Assembly (NCBI GenBank): GCA_004524535.1
Contig: SDNY01000001.1
Coordinates: forward strand, 46,354-110,353
Origin: Promethearchaeota archaeon
GTDB taxonomy: Archaea; Asgardarchaeota; Lokiarchaeia; Sigyniarchaeales; SOKP01
Reading direction: 5' to 3'
DNA length: 64,000 nucleotides
The notes beneath the pieces are model-generated. The model did no database searches and was not told the origin of the DNA. It saw nothing but the letters and a program-made list of their open reading frames with translations. Made by a program: the position numbers and the translations under genes. Positions 20,983 to 31,472 of this stretch are shown one piece after another; the first letter of the stretch is position 1, and each line of letters starts with the position of its first letter.

Positions 20983-21474
20983 CTAATGGCAAATAATTGA
21001 CATAAAAGACTCTAAAATGTAAGGTTTAAATCCTTCATAATGTTCTCTTATAATAACAGAATGCATATTGAATTGTCGCTCTGTTAGTTCGCAATATAAA
21101 ACACCATGTAAATTGTTTTCCGGATAATATCTTTTCCTTATCATTTTTGATCGCCCACCAGACCAATATGTAAATTCATGGGTATGGAGCCAAACTTGTT
21201 CCTTTTTTGTAACAACTACATTAATTGCGTTATACATATCTATTGATTCTTGAACCTCTCGACTATGAAGGAATTTAGTTCTGTCCTTTTTTAACCAATC
21301 AAATTCCATTGTAGCATTTGGCCCCCATATCTCATCATAGTTATTATGACTGTGAAATTTTATGGTTCCTTTATTTTCATCTCCTGTTACTTCGACTTCT
21401 TTAAACCAAATTGGTACTTTATTTATTGTGACATTAAATTCTGATTTTTCATAAATAAAATAATTCTTCTGCAT
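20983..21474 (-). CDS. Hypothetical protein
   Basis: 163-aa ORF with SD-like GAGGT upstream. Confidence 0.65.
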   Translation of the reverse strand: MQKNYFIYEKSEFNVTINKVPIWFKEVEVTGDENKGTIKFHSHNNYDEIWGPNATMEFDWLKKDRTKFLHSREVQESIDMYNAINVVVTKKEQVWLHTHEFTYWSGGRSKMIRKRYYPENNLHGVLYCELTERQFNMHSVIIREHYEGFKPYILESFMSIICH

Positions 21475-21576
21475 CCTTATACCTCTATATTACATAACAA
21501 AATGATATATAATAAAATTATGTTATAAATTTTTTGAATTCCTAAGATTTTATTGCTGTAATTAAAAAGAGAAGAA

Positions 21577-22254
21577 TTACTTATTTAACAGTTCTTTTCC
21601 TTCCTCTACCCATTTCTTTATTCTATCTGCTGAAACACCTGATATCAGCATAGCTAATTCTTCAGGATCTTCTTTTATTAATCCTTCAACACTATTAACC
21701 CCAAGATCCTGGAATTTCTTAGCAGTAGCAGAACCTAATCCAGATAACTTTGATAAAGAGATCTCTATTTCTTCTGGTTTGGGGGCAGGTTTCGGTTTGG
21801 CTTTAGTGGCTGGAGTCAGCTTAGTTTTTGGGGGTGTTTTTACTTTAGGTTCAATTACAGTCTTTTTAGGAATAGCTTGCATCTTTTCTTCTTTTTCGAT
21901 TTCTTGTACGACTTCTATTTTTTCTTTTGGTATTTTTTTCTTCTTAACTTTCCGTTTAGGACTTGCTTTTACTCTTTCTTCTTTGGGTAAATAAGGTTTC
22001 TTTTTCTTCTCCTTTTTTTTCAGAGGTTTTAAAGCTTTTAATTGTTCAATATTCCATTCATGTGTGGATTTTCTAAAATAGTCAATTTTTATGTTTAATT
22101 CTTTTAAGAACGCAATTGTTTTTCCAGCTGCCTTTATTTCTGTCAAAGAAAAACCGTTTCCTTCTCTTATATGCCCTTCTCTAGAGGGAGACTTTACCGT
22201 CGCAATGGTCTTTTTGACTGTAGTTGTTTTTTCTGTTTTATCCGTTTTTTCCAT
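21577..22254 (-). CDS. rpl13e: Ribosomal protein eL13 with Lys/Pro-rich linker and C-terminal helix-hairpin-helix domain
   Basis: REGNGFSLTEIKAAG...IDYFRKSTHEWNIEQL (eL13); LSGLGSATAKKFQDLGVNSVEGL (HhH). Confidence 0.8.
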   Translation of the reverse strand: MEKTDKTEKTTTVKKTIATVKSPSREGHIREGNGFSLTEIKAAGKTIAFLKELNIKIDYFRKSTHEWNIEQLKALKPLKKKEKKKKPYLPKEERVKASPKRKVKKKKIPKEKIEVVQEIEKEEKMQAIPKKTVIEPKVKTPPKTKLTPATKAKPKPAPKPEEIEISLSKLSGLGSATAKKFQDLGVNSVEGLIKEDPEELAMLISGVSADRIKKWVEEGKELLNK

Positions 22255-22350
22255 AATTTAACACGAGTTTGAAATCCTATTAAAGTAATTATGATATATC
22301 TTGAAAATTTTTATTCTTTTCTATATAAACCAAAGATTGAATAAAATTAT

Positions 22351-22989
22351 TTAAAAAAAGATTAAATCAATTTTTTTCAATTTTTTTAATATTTCATTAA
22401 TTTCAGTTCGATTTTTCTCAGGATACATTCTTGAAATTTTAAGTGGAGAATTTTTACCGTTGCATTGTAAAGCTACACTGTGTTCAAATTCAGTTATAAT
22501 TCCATTGGCTAATATTCTTTCTAAAACACTCTCAACAACTAATAATTTGGGAAATACCTCAGAAATTCTTCCTCCAAACGTTATGTTTTCTATATCCGCA
22601 TTAAAGGATTGAAACTTTTTTTCTGTAGTTTCTCTGAATAATTTTAGATCCGATCTATGTTTTTTCCAGAATCTATGACCGATTTTATATAGTGCCTTCT
22701 TAGTTTGACCAATCTCGTCATCAGCATCTGAGACTGAACAAATCAATACCCTTGAGGGATGGTGATAATAAATTAAGAATGTGGTATCTTCGGACTCCAA
22801 AACTCTGTTCATTTCATTTGTACTTTCACTTTTAGCCATTGCTTCTTTAATATTATCTATAGTTCGATTAATTGTTTCAAAAAAACCGGGAAATATATTA
22901 TTTTTAAATTTCTTTTGGAATTCCTTAAAAGAAATTTCCATTAGCGATATACCGTTATCAACATCAATTAAAAAAACTTTATATATCAA
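22351..22989 (-). CDS. Longin-like protein with possible C-terminal winged helix
   Basis: MIYKVFLIDVDNGISLMEISF longin-type start; C-terminal CNGKNSPLKISRM...INEILKKLKKIDLI is wHTH-like. Confidence 0.5.
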   Translation of the reverse strand: MIYKVFLIDVDNGISLMEISFKEFQKKFKNNIFPGFFETINRTIDNIKEAMAKSESTNEMNRVLESEDTTFLIYYHHPSRVLICSVSDADDEIGQTKKALYKIGHRFWKKHRSDLKLFRETTEKKFQSFNADIENITFGGRISEVFPKLLVVESVLERILANGIITEFEHSVALQCNGKNSPLKISRMYPEKNRTEINEILKKLKKIDLIFF

Positions 22990-23088
22990 AATTAGAACGG
23001 GTTTTATTCACTTTTATTCTTATTATAAATAATAAAAATTCTGCTATATATTGCTGTGGATTAAAAATAGAGATTTTCTTAAATTACC

Positions 23089-24504
23089 CTAAATATAACT
23101 ACTAATTAAATCTATAAGAGTTTTAGAAAATTCTGGCAGACAATTATCAATTTTTTCCATTCCAACAAATTTTTCAATAAATAATAGCAAAAAAAGATTA
23201 AATTTTCCTACTTTTATTTTCTTAAAGATAATATTTTTACTTTCAGATGTTATATCTGAGGATACTATAAAATCTTCCTTTAGCAATTTAAATTCTTTAA
23301 AAGTTTTATATAAAGTTTGAAAGTGGGGGGCTGAAATCTCAAATACTCTTCGAGAAACTTCGTCTTTAGAATAATTGGCTAATATAATTCCATTTTCGTT
23401 TAAAAGTAATAACGCATCAGCATTCGTTTTATCTGCAAAAAATTTTAATTGTTTTTTAAAAAATTCACGATTCGGGGAAAGTTGCGAGAGCCCGAATGAA
23501 TATGCAGAGATTAAGCTCCAATAATCGAAAATACTCGTCCGAAAGATTTTTATAAAAAATTTATCTGAATTTTTGTTAATTCCATTAGTGGCATATTGTA
23601 CTTTTTTTATTATTTCTTCTGAGAGCTTTAAATCTGGATCATATTTATTTAAACAAACAATAACTGGTGGGAATTCATCCAATTCTCTTAAAGATTTAAT
23701 TATTCTAATAAAAAGGTCTATAGATTCATCTAATCTCTCTTTTGAATCTTGGATATCAATTATATAAAATAATAAGTCAACATTATATAGATAATATTTG
23801 CTTTGTTCAAGATACTTTTCCCTGTATCTTTTTTGTCCACCTAAGTCCCACAGGGTCATTTGAGAGTTTTGATCTTCAAAAATTGTCTCCTCAGACCTTT
23901 CTACTCCTTTTGTGGGGAGCGTCTTTATAATTTCAGAATATTTCTTTTTGATTGCAAGAAGAAAACTTGTCTTTCCAGCCCTATCCAAGCCAACAAATAT
24001 TATCTTTATTTTTCTTTTTACAGAAAAAGGATCTTTTAAATCTGAACTAAAAGCAATCAAGTGTTCCCTTATTTCATTAATAATTTTTTTATATTCATTT
24101 AACTCTTTTGTATTTTGTATCTGTGTAGCGCCTTTTTCGAGAATAGCTCTCAGATATTTCATATTCTCGTGAAAAAAATTTTTATTCTCATCATCAATTA
24201 ACACCGTAATTGTGGCGGCCATAGCATTGCCTCTTGCCTTCTCATCCGCTATCAGAAAAAAATATGTAAGTCCACTTAGTTTTAAGTCAGGAAATGGAAG
24301 AATACCGAAATAATTAATATTTAAATCATCGCCATCTTGATATATTTCATCTCCCATAAGTAAACTAATCGTTTTCATAGCTATTATAAGACGAGCGCTC
24401 TCATCCATATCATCTGGCCAATACACCTTAGGAGTAGGACCTTCTTCGTCAAACACTGACAAGACGATAGATTTGATTATATGCTTTTTTTCCTGTTCCG
24501 TCAT
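23089..24504 (-). CDS. Three-domain GTPase: longin/uDENN-like N-domain, small GTPase, roadblock-like C-domain (Rag-like)
   Basis: G1 GLDRAGKT, G2 PTKG, G3 WDLGGQ, G4 NKYD, G5 TSI; C-terminal ALLLLNENGIILA; N-terminal SIVLSVFDEEGPTP. Confidence 0.8.
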   Translation of the reverse strand: MTEQEKKHIIKSIVLSVFDEEGPTPKVYWPDDMDESARLIIAMKTISLLMGDEIYQDGDDLNINYFGILPFPDLKLSGLTYFFLIADEKARGNAMAATITVLIDDENKNFFHENMKYLRAILEKGATQIQNTKELNEYKKIINEIREHLIAFSSDLKDPFSVKRKIKIIFVGLDRAGKTSFLLAIKKKYSEIIKTLPTKGVERSEETIFEDQNSQMTLWDLGGQKRYREKYLEQSKYYLYNVDLLFYIIDIQDSKERLDESIDLFIRIIKSLRELDEFPPVIVCLNKYDPDLKLSEEIIKKVQYATNGINKNSDKFFIKIFRTSIFDYWSLISAYSFGLSQLSPNREFFKKQLKFFADKTNADALLLLNENGIILANYSKDEVSRRVFEISAPHFQTLYKTFKEFKLLKEDFIVSSDITSESKNIIFKKIKVGKFNLFLLLFIEKFVGMEKIDNCLPEFSKTLIDLISSYI

Positions 24505-24721
24505 AGCATTGCCGTAATTAATTATTAGATGATCCTTTTTTTTCCATCCAAAATGTAGAATTTTATTATTTAAGTATCTTGCTTTAAAATATATAAAATG
24601 ATTACATTATTTATTTTTATTTTATACAAGGGTTGAATTATTTAAAAAAATCAAGAATCAAATTTTAAACATCGAATTCCTGAATTATTAGACCTCAAAG
24701 ATATATTTAATATAGATTAAA

Positions 24722-25210
24722 TCAGTCTAATTTAAATGTAAAATCCCTACTGATCTGTACTACATCAATAAATTCTCTTAAATCCCAGCTAGAAATACGA
24801 TATAAGAATTCTTTTCTAATCTTCCTTCTTCTCCGAAGAATTAGTCGTTTGGATAAATTCATTTTAGATAACTCCATTATTTTTTTTATATATCCTTCAC
24901 ATAGTTCCTTTAAATCTGCCATTGGTCTTCCTATTCTGGTATATTTTTTTCTCTCTTCTTCATATCCCATCTCTGATAACACAGAGCATACAATTTCTCG
25001 AATATGTGGTCCTGAAAGGAACCCGATTTCGGAACTTATAATCCTCCTTAAAACAGTTTTAGTAATTTGTTCAGCAGATTCATCATTTAAGGATGTTTCT
25101 TTTAATAGACTACTATATATCTTATTTTCATCAAAAGGCTTGATACCACTTTTGGTAGCTACATCTGAGGGAAGATATTTTCTAATAATTTCATCATTAT
25201 TTCTGCTCAA
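24722..25210 (-). CDS. Stand-alone ATP-cone protein (resembles the archaeal NrdD N-terminus)
   Basis: KPFDENKIYSSLLKET...LSGPHIREIVCSVL...RKKYTRIG. Confidence 0.7.
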   Translation of the reverse strand: MSRNNDEIIRKYLPSDVATKSGIKPFDENKIYSSLLKETSLNDESAEQITKTVLRRIISSEIGFLSGPHIREIVCSVLSEMGYEEERKKYTRIGRPMADLKELCEGYIKKIMELSKMNLSKRLILRRRRKIRKEFLYRISSWDLREFIDVVQISRDFTFKLD

Positions 25211-25558
25211 CCTGAATCCCCTTTAATAAAATTTAAAAATCCAATCTCTATTCAGTTTCATCTATATAAACTCCATCATTATTACTTTACTTGTATCTAC
25301 AAGATCATTACTTTCTTTTAGATACAGGCTTTAAAACCACGATTAATCTTTTAACTTAATAAATAGTTTTCCAAGTATAAAATTAAAGGGAATTTAAAAA
25401 AAGGTTATTATTAACACATTAAAGTTGAGAGATCTATCTTTTAAAATGAATGTGAACAAAGAAAGGAGAATATTCTTTATAAGGGACTTCTAAATCATAA
25501 AATTTAGAATTTTATTAACCTCTTTTCATTTTTTTAAATAGTAATTCTAATTATTTTT

Positions 25559-26356
25559 ATGTCAAATTTATATTCTCCATCCTCCATAAAATGCTTTTTT
25601 TCTGAGCTTTATAAAATTATAGGAGATACAGACAAAGCTGTGTCTGAAATCTGGTTTGAAATTTCAGAGATTAAGATTCTAGAACAATTAGATAAATACG
25701 AATTGAGTGAATTTTTAGATAATTTTGAATTTATTGAAAAAAAGCGTGGAAATTATATGGATTATATCTCAATCGATAAAATCAAATTTGTAGCAGAAGC
25801 TATTAAATATCTTGAGATTGATATTAAGAATCTATCAGAATTATTAGATTTCAATGGATTTGAAGCCTTGGTTCAGGAAATATTATTAAGGAATGATTAT
25901 AGAGCCATAAAAAATTTTAGATTTACAGATAAATCAGATTTTAAATCAAAAACAGGGCAAAAGAAATACGAAATTGATGTTATTGGAGTCTACCGAAATT
26001 TCTTTCTAATTATTGATGCTAAACAATGGAGGCGCAAAGATTCATTCAGTCAAATCAATAAAGCTGCTAATTTGCAACTTCAGCGTGTTATAGCATTAAA
26101 GAAAAATCCAGAAATATTTACACAACTAATTCATAAACTTCTTGGACTAAATCCTCGCATTAGATCTTATTTGCCGTTAAAGCTTATCCCAATCATTGTA
26201 TCTATAGAAGATAATGGAATCAAAATAAACGATAAACAAGTACCACTCGTTTCAATTACAAATTTTAATGCTTTTTTGAATGAATTTCAAAATTATTTAC
26301 ATTATTATAAGGTTGTAGAAATTAAGAAAGTAAATATACAGAAACAATTGGTTTAA
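25559..26356 (+). CDS. PD-(D/E)xK restriction-endonuclease-like protein (Mrr/NERD-like)
   Basis: FEALVQEIL...YEIDVIG...IIDAKQW. Confidence 0.75.
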   Translation: MSNLYSPSSIKCFFSELYKIIGDTDKAVSEIWFEISEIKILEQLDKYELSEFLDNFEFIEKKRGNYMDYISIDKIKFVAEAIKYLEIDIKNLSELLDFNGFEALVQEILLRNDYRAIKNFRFTDKSDFKSKTGQKKYEIDVIGVYRNFFLIIDAKQWRRKDSFSQINKAANLQLQRVIALKKNPEIFTQLIHKLLGLNPRIRSYLPLKLIPIIVSIEDNGIKINDKQVPLVSITNFNAFLNEFQNYLHYYKVVEIKKVNIQKQLV

Positions 26357-26368
26357 ATATTTTAGATA

Positions 26369-27640
26369 TTATAGTTGATAATTAACCCCTGGGATTATAC
26401 CTGCGATTCGAAATAATTCTTTGCCAGCAATTAAATTCTCTAACGTTTCTTGTTTAATTTGGTTAAAAAATATAGGAAACAAAAAATCTTGATTTTCTGA
26501 GTAAGAGCTTATCAATTGTTTTTTTAAATTTGTATCTTCTTCTATTAACTTTGCTAGCGCCGTATTTTTATATATACGATAATAAAAACTAATTCCAACT
26601 GTTTTAGGAGGATTATTTTCAAAAAATTTAAGACATTTTTTGGTTGACTCAAGTGATTCATTAGGATAGCCTGTTAATAAATCAATTGCTAAATCTATTT
26701 TATATTTATCACAATATTCGATTATTATATCTAAATCTTTATAAGAATAATTATTTAGAGCTTGAATTCGCTCATCGCTATCTACAGTAAGCGTAATAAG
26801 GTAAGCGTTTGATTCATGTAATACTCGAAATAATTCTTCATTATATGGGCTTGGTTTCATATATAAAGCCCATTTCATCTCTAACTTTTGTTCAATTAAG
26901 CTTTTACAAAACTCTATTGAGTAATCTATATTAGTATTAAACTCACTGTCGCATAAGTGAAAATGGGTGTAACCTGAATCAACTAAATATCTTAACTCTT
27001 CTATGATATTTGAAATTTTTTTCAAGTATACAGGAGTATTTGCTTCAATACAGTAAGGACACTTGTTAGTGCATCCCACATGCGTTTCAAAACCAATAAT
27101 TCCCTCTTTTGAAATGTACGAAGGATAATCTATCTTCTTTCCTCGATAATGAATTAAATCTGTATCAAGTCCATATTGCCAACCGTCAAATAATTTTTTA
27201 TCTAATTGATTAGATTGCCATTGCTTTAAAAAACGAGGGAATATAACTTCTCCTGGACCTATTATACCATAATCTGCTTCAAGATATTTTAATATTTCAT
27301 TTGGCATACTTGAGAATCCAGACCCCCCCAAAATTACAGGAATTCTATAAATTTTAGCACATTGGATTAATTTTTTGACATCAAATAGAAAAAATTCATT
27401 ATTAAAATAAATTGCTGAATCAATATTCCTTAAAGAGAAAGCAATTAAATCGTAAGAACTTTCCTTAAGTTTTTGATTTAATTTATCTATTGGCGAATTT
27501 TCAAAACATAAATCCAAAATATCGGCATTATAACCATGCTTCTCTAACACTGTCATTAAGTATTCTAAACCTACTGGAATTACAGGTGGATTTTTAAAAG
27601 TGTTTGGATTTACTAATAAGATGTTCATGCTATTTGCCAT
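26369..27640 (-). CDS. Cobalamin-binding radical SAM protein
   Basis: PPVIPVGLEYL, SLRNID, GGSGFS, GCTNKCPYC, CDSEFN. Confidence 0.85.
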   Translation of the reverse strand: MANSMNILLVNPNTFKNPPVIPVGLEYLMTVLEKHGYNADILDLCFENSPIDKLNQKLKESSYDLIAFSLRNIDSAIYFNNEFFLFDVKKLIQCAKIYRIPVILGGSGFSSMPNEILKYLEADYGIIGPGEVIFPRFLKQWQSNQLDKKLFDGWQYGLDTDLIHYRGKKIDYPSYISKEGIIGFETHVGCTNKCPYCIEANTPVYLKKISNIIEELRYLVDSGYTHFHLCDSEFNTNIDYSIEFCKSLIEQKLEMKWALYMKPSPYNEELFRVLHESNAYLITLTVDSDERIQALNNYSYKDLDIIIEYCDKYKIDLAIDLLTGYPNESLESTKKCLKFFENNPPKTVGISFYYRIYKNTALAKLIEEDTNLKKQLISSYSENQDFLFPIFFNQIKQETLENLIAGKELFRIAGIIPGVNYQL

Positions 27641-27747
27641 CCTTAAATCTTCGCTAATTTTAAGAGAAACTTGTTTAAATATTAATTACTATAATAAAAT
27701 AGATAAAATAATATATAGTAATGATGTAAGAAAGAAAATTATTGTAT

Positions 27748-28818
27748 TTATTTTTCAATTTTTAAATAATCTTTCAACTGTTTTTTAACAATATCTACGG
27801 CGAATCCAATAATACCACTCTTAACCTTTGGATGTGAGAATATTATCAATACCATATCTTTCAATGATGGCATCTCAACATCAATTGGTGCGATGTCTAG
27901 AATGCCTTCAGTGCCTCGCAAGGAGATAGACTTTAATTTACCAGCGTTTAATCCTTCAATGATATCTGATCCAATCATTGTAAGATTTTGCCCTATTGCA
28001 GGAAGTAAAGTCTCCGAAATTCTGCTTGAAATTGCTGAAGCTATGATTTTATCTCCTTTTAAAATAGATGAAGCTTCAATGTGTAAATCTAAACTTAAAA
28101 GATTTTTTAGAATATCGGTCATATTTGCCGGAGGTATTTTTTCTTTTGACTTTTTGTCTTTTAAGGACTCTGATTTTGGTTTCTCCTCTTTTGGTACCTT
28201 TAATTTTTTTGAAAGAACACTTAACACTTCAGTCATATCCTTTTCTAATCGTTTTTGTTTAATAAGTGAATCATCCCGAGGAGCCCCCGGACCGGCAACC
28301 GCTGCAGACGTTGGATTTTGTTCCACGCATTGTATTTCTGGTTTATGCTTAAATGTTCCATATATTCTGTCAGGAGCAATAACCGAACCAGAATAAGGTT
28401 TAGGTTCAATTTCTTTAAGCATTTTATTTTCTTTTTTAGTAGTTGTTTTAGCTATAAAGGAAGGTGTATTAGATATTTCTATTCTATCTAGTTCATTATT
28501 CTTTCTATTTGGAGATTTTAAAGATTCCATCGGTTGATTCGGTAGAGGCTCTATTTTAGGGATTTCATGTAAATCTAAATTGTTTGATGTTTGTATTTTA
28601 TTAAGGTTAGGATTAAAAAATCTTGTTTCACTGGGGATTTTTTCTGCTTCTCTTCTTATTTTTTTTTTTTCCTTTTTTTTTTTAATTTCTTTAGGTTTTT
28701 GAGTTGCTATTTTAATTCTAGGAGACTTTGAAGGAACTGGAAGCAATGCCCCGCACTTTCTACAAAAACGACCATTTTCCTCGTTGTTAGTAACGCCACA
28801 GTTGCTGCAAATTATCAT
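27748..28818 (-). CDS. Zinc-ribbon protein with long disordered linker and C-terminal roadblock/LC7 domain
   Basis: CSNCG...FCRKCG; C-terminal IEASSILKGDKIIASAI...GKLKSISLRGTEGIL. Confidence 0.7.
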   Translation of the reverse strand: MIICSNCGVTNNEENGRFCRKCGALLPVPSKSPRIKIATQKPKEIKKKKEKKKIRREAEKIPSETRFFNPNLNKIQTSNNLDLHEIPKIEPLPNQPMESLKSPNRKNNELDRIEISNTPSFIAKTTTKKENKMLKEIEPKPYSGSVIAPDRIYGTFKHKPEIQCVEQNPTSAAVAGPGAPRDDSLIKQKRLEKDMTEVLSVLSKKLKVPKEEKPKSESLKDKKSKEKIPPANMTDILKNLLSLDLHIEASSILKGDKIIASAISSRISETLLPAIGQNLTMIGSDIIEGLNAGKLKSISLRGTEGILDIAPIDVEMPSLKDMVLIIFSHPKVKSGIIGFAVDIVKKQLKDYLKIEK

Positions 28819-28986
28819 GGGAATTAAATTTTAGTTTTAAATGTTATTTTAATTATAAAAATTCGATTTTATTAATGTTTATATTATAATTTAAAATTCA
28901 AAAAAACTAACCAGAGTTTTAAAATATCAGGATATATTATATTAGATAAAATAATTCACCTTCTTTATATAGGATTTCTTTTAGTC

Positions 28987-29925
28987 TCATTTATATAAGA
29001 TTTCTTTTAATAAATTAACAAGTGTGAGGTATTCATCTTTATTAATATCTGGATCTTCTCTGATTGCTAATAAATAATAGGGCGGGCCATTTTCTTTTAT
29101 TGTAAATGGTTTGAATAAAAAAAATCTTCCAAATCTTTGGATTATCATTTTTTCTTCGGATTTTTCATAGATAAATTCCGAATATAGAAAACTGTCATTT
29201 AAACTTAAGAAATAAGGAGTGGTTTGGTTCAAAATATCCTTTACTGCCGCATTATTATAGTATGAACCAACAATGAGAGAATTATCGTCTATAATTTGAA
29301 CACCTTCTGCTTTAAATTTAGTAGCGAAAGTTTCAATAGTTTTTTGAATTAAATTCGCTTTTGGATATAACGTTAAAAATATTTCCGATATTGCAGTGAT
29401 AATCGACGATAAGTAGTAGATTGAAGTTCTGTAAAAATAGAATTTTTTGTATTCCATTGAATTTTTAATTTTATCCTGTAAGCTTAGTAAAAATTTATCC
29501 AAATCATCTTGGTCCTCTTTAGCCAAGTTTGGGTCACATTTATGAAAAAAAACATAAATAGGGGGTTCAATTTCAAGGGTCTTAAATTGTTTAATAACAT
29601 CACTTAAATAAGACAAGGATTCTTGAATTCTTTCTTTATCTCGCACGTCGATTACATAAATGGCAATTTCGGTTTTATCGAAGTATTTATTTGGACTTTT
29701 GAGGTATGAAATCCGATAGGCTATTTGCCCTCCTAAATCCCATTCTGAAATGTTTCTCCCTAAATATTGGAAAACCAGTCGTTGTGCACCTCGAGTAGGT
29801 TCAATATTAGCTATTTTTGAGAATTCTCTCTTAAGTGCAAATATAATTGAAGTCTTACCTGCGGAATCAAGACCTGTAAATAGAATTTTTTGAAGTTTAG
29901 CACTTTCATCTTTTAAATATTCCAA
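28987..29925 (-). CDS. Rag-like small GTPase with C-terminal roadblock domain
   Basis: GLDSAGKTS, PTRG, WDLGGQ, HKCD, TSIY; C-terminal GVQIIDDNSLIVGSY. Confidence 0.85.
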   Translation of the reverse strand: MEYLKDESAKLQKILFTGLDSAGKTSIIFALKREFSKIANIEPTRGAQRLVFQYLGRNISEWDLGGQIAYRISYLKSPNKYFDKTEIAIYVIDVRDKERIQESLSYLSDVIKQFKTLEIEPPIYVFFHKCDPNLAKEDQDDLDKFLLSLQDKIKNSMEYKKFYFYRTSIYYLSSIITAISEIFLTLYPKANLIQKTIETFATKFKAEGVQIIDDNSLIVGSYYNNAAVKDILNQTTPYFLSLNDSFLYSEFIYEKSEEKMIIQRFGRFFLFKPFTIKENGPPYYLLAIREDPDINKDEYLTLVNLLKEILYK

Positions 29926-29990
29926 ATATTCGCACCAAAATTCTTTCTATCTTCCTAATATCTTCTATAAATATAATTGTTATATTAAAT

Positions 29991-31367
29991 TTATTTATTG
30001 AAAATTTCAACTAAATAATTCTTAAAATCACTATAATCGTTGATTACCACTGGATTTGGAAATTCAGACTTATTTTGAATAATTTCCAGGGATTTAGGAA
30101 TCTTAGGAGTTATATTTATTAAAGAAATTATTTCTTCTGGGAATTTAGCGGGATCAGCAGTTTCAAAATTAATGAGCTTATAACTGTTATCTTCGGGAAA
30201 ATCGATACGATATTTTTCTAAACAAGCCCAACCTACAGCTCCATGTGGTTCAATTATTTTTTTATTATATTTCTTATAGAAATTTACAATTGTTTCTTTA
30301 GTTAGCTCATTAGTTATGGAATAAGACACTATATCTTTGCGTATTCTTTCCAAATCGGGTATCTTATGCATAACACCTGTTTCATCAATTTGACCCCCAT
30401 ATAGATCAATTAATCTAGCGAAATTCGAAGGATGTCCTACATTCATGGCATTACTAATACATTTCTTTGAGGGTTCAACCTTTTCATATTTCCCAGTTTC
30501 TAAGAATTTTGGAAATTCATCATTCTCGTTTACGGCAGAAATGAACCTTTTAACTGGGAGCCCCATATTAGATGCAATTAATCCTCCCATTAAGTTTCCG
30601 AAATTTCCAGAAGGTACTGAAAAAATAACTTCTTCCCCTTTCTTTTCAATCACACTTGAATAACTGTAAAAATAATAGAGGGTTTGAGGCATCAATCTTC
30701 CAAAGTTTATAGAATTTGCTGAAGAAAGGCCTATATGCTGTAAATCGGGATCTGCGAAGGCAATTTTGACCAAACGTTGACAATCATCAAATTTTCCTGT
30801 GATTCCGATAGCCGTAACATTTTTTCCAAGTGTAGTCATCTGTTTCCTCTGTAAATCACTTATCTCATCCTTTGGAAAAAGCACTACTACTTTTATACGA
30901 TTCATTTCATAAAATGCTTGAGCAACTGCTCCTCCTGTATCTCCAGAGGTTGCTGTTAAAATTACAGCATTTTTATTATCTTCTTCAAGGAAATATTCCA
31001 TAATTCTCGCAAGCGTGCGAGCCCCGAAATCTTTAAAACTAGCGGTAGGTCCTTGATCAAGATAGCACTGGTAATCATTGTTTCCGATATGTTCAACGGG
31101 AACTGAGAAATTTAGAGCACCTTTCAAAATCTTTTTAAGCTCAGGCTTAGGTATTATATTACCAATAATATTGGATATTACTATGAATCCTATTTCATCA
31201 AGGGACAAGTCCTTAAATGAATAGATTTGCTCTTCGGTTAGTTTAGGTATTTCATTTAGCATATAGAGTCCTTTATCTAAAGCTTGACCTCTTATTATCG
31301 CTGTCTTAAAATCCACATCGGGAGTATTTTTGTTAGTAGAATGAAACATTATACCATTAGTTGTCAT
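29991..31367 (-). CDS. thrC: Threonine synthase
   Basis: GPTASFKDFG (PLP lysine), ATSGDTG, SANSINFGRL, PSGNFGN. Confidence 0.95.
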   Translation of the reverse strand: MTTNGIMFHSTNKNTPDVDFKTAIIRGQALDKGLYMLNEIPKLTEEQIYSFKDLSLDEIGFIVISNIIGNIIPKPELKKILKGALNFSVPVEHIGNNDYQCYLDQGPTASFKDFGARTLARIMEYFLEEDNKNAVILTATSGDTGGAVAQAFYEMNRIKVVVLFPKDEISDLQRKQMTTLGKNVTAIGITGKFDDCQRLVKIAFADPDLQHIGLSSANSINFGRLMPQTLYYFYSYSSVIEKKGEEVIFSVPSGNFGNLMGGLIASNMGLPVKRFISAVNENDEFPKFLETGKYEKVEPSKKCISNAMNVGHPSNFARLIDLYGGQIDETGVMHKIPDLERIRKDIVSYSITNELTKETIVNFYKKYNKKIIEPHGAVGWACLEKYRIDFPEDNSYKLINFETADPAKFPEEIISLINITPKIPKSLEIIQNKSEFPNPVVINDYSDFKNYLVEIFNK

Positions 31368-31472
31368 GATTCTATTCTTTTTATTTTAAGCTATTAAATT
31401 TAAAAAGTGTTTTAAAATTCAAAATATTTTCCCTTAGTTAAAAAAATAAATCTTATATCAAATTCATTAATT

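Noticed and set aside
25559-26356. Restriction-modification or defence island
   Set aside because: A lone nuclease-like gene with no adjacent DNA methyltransferase or other defence genes.
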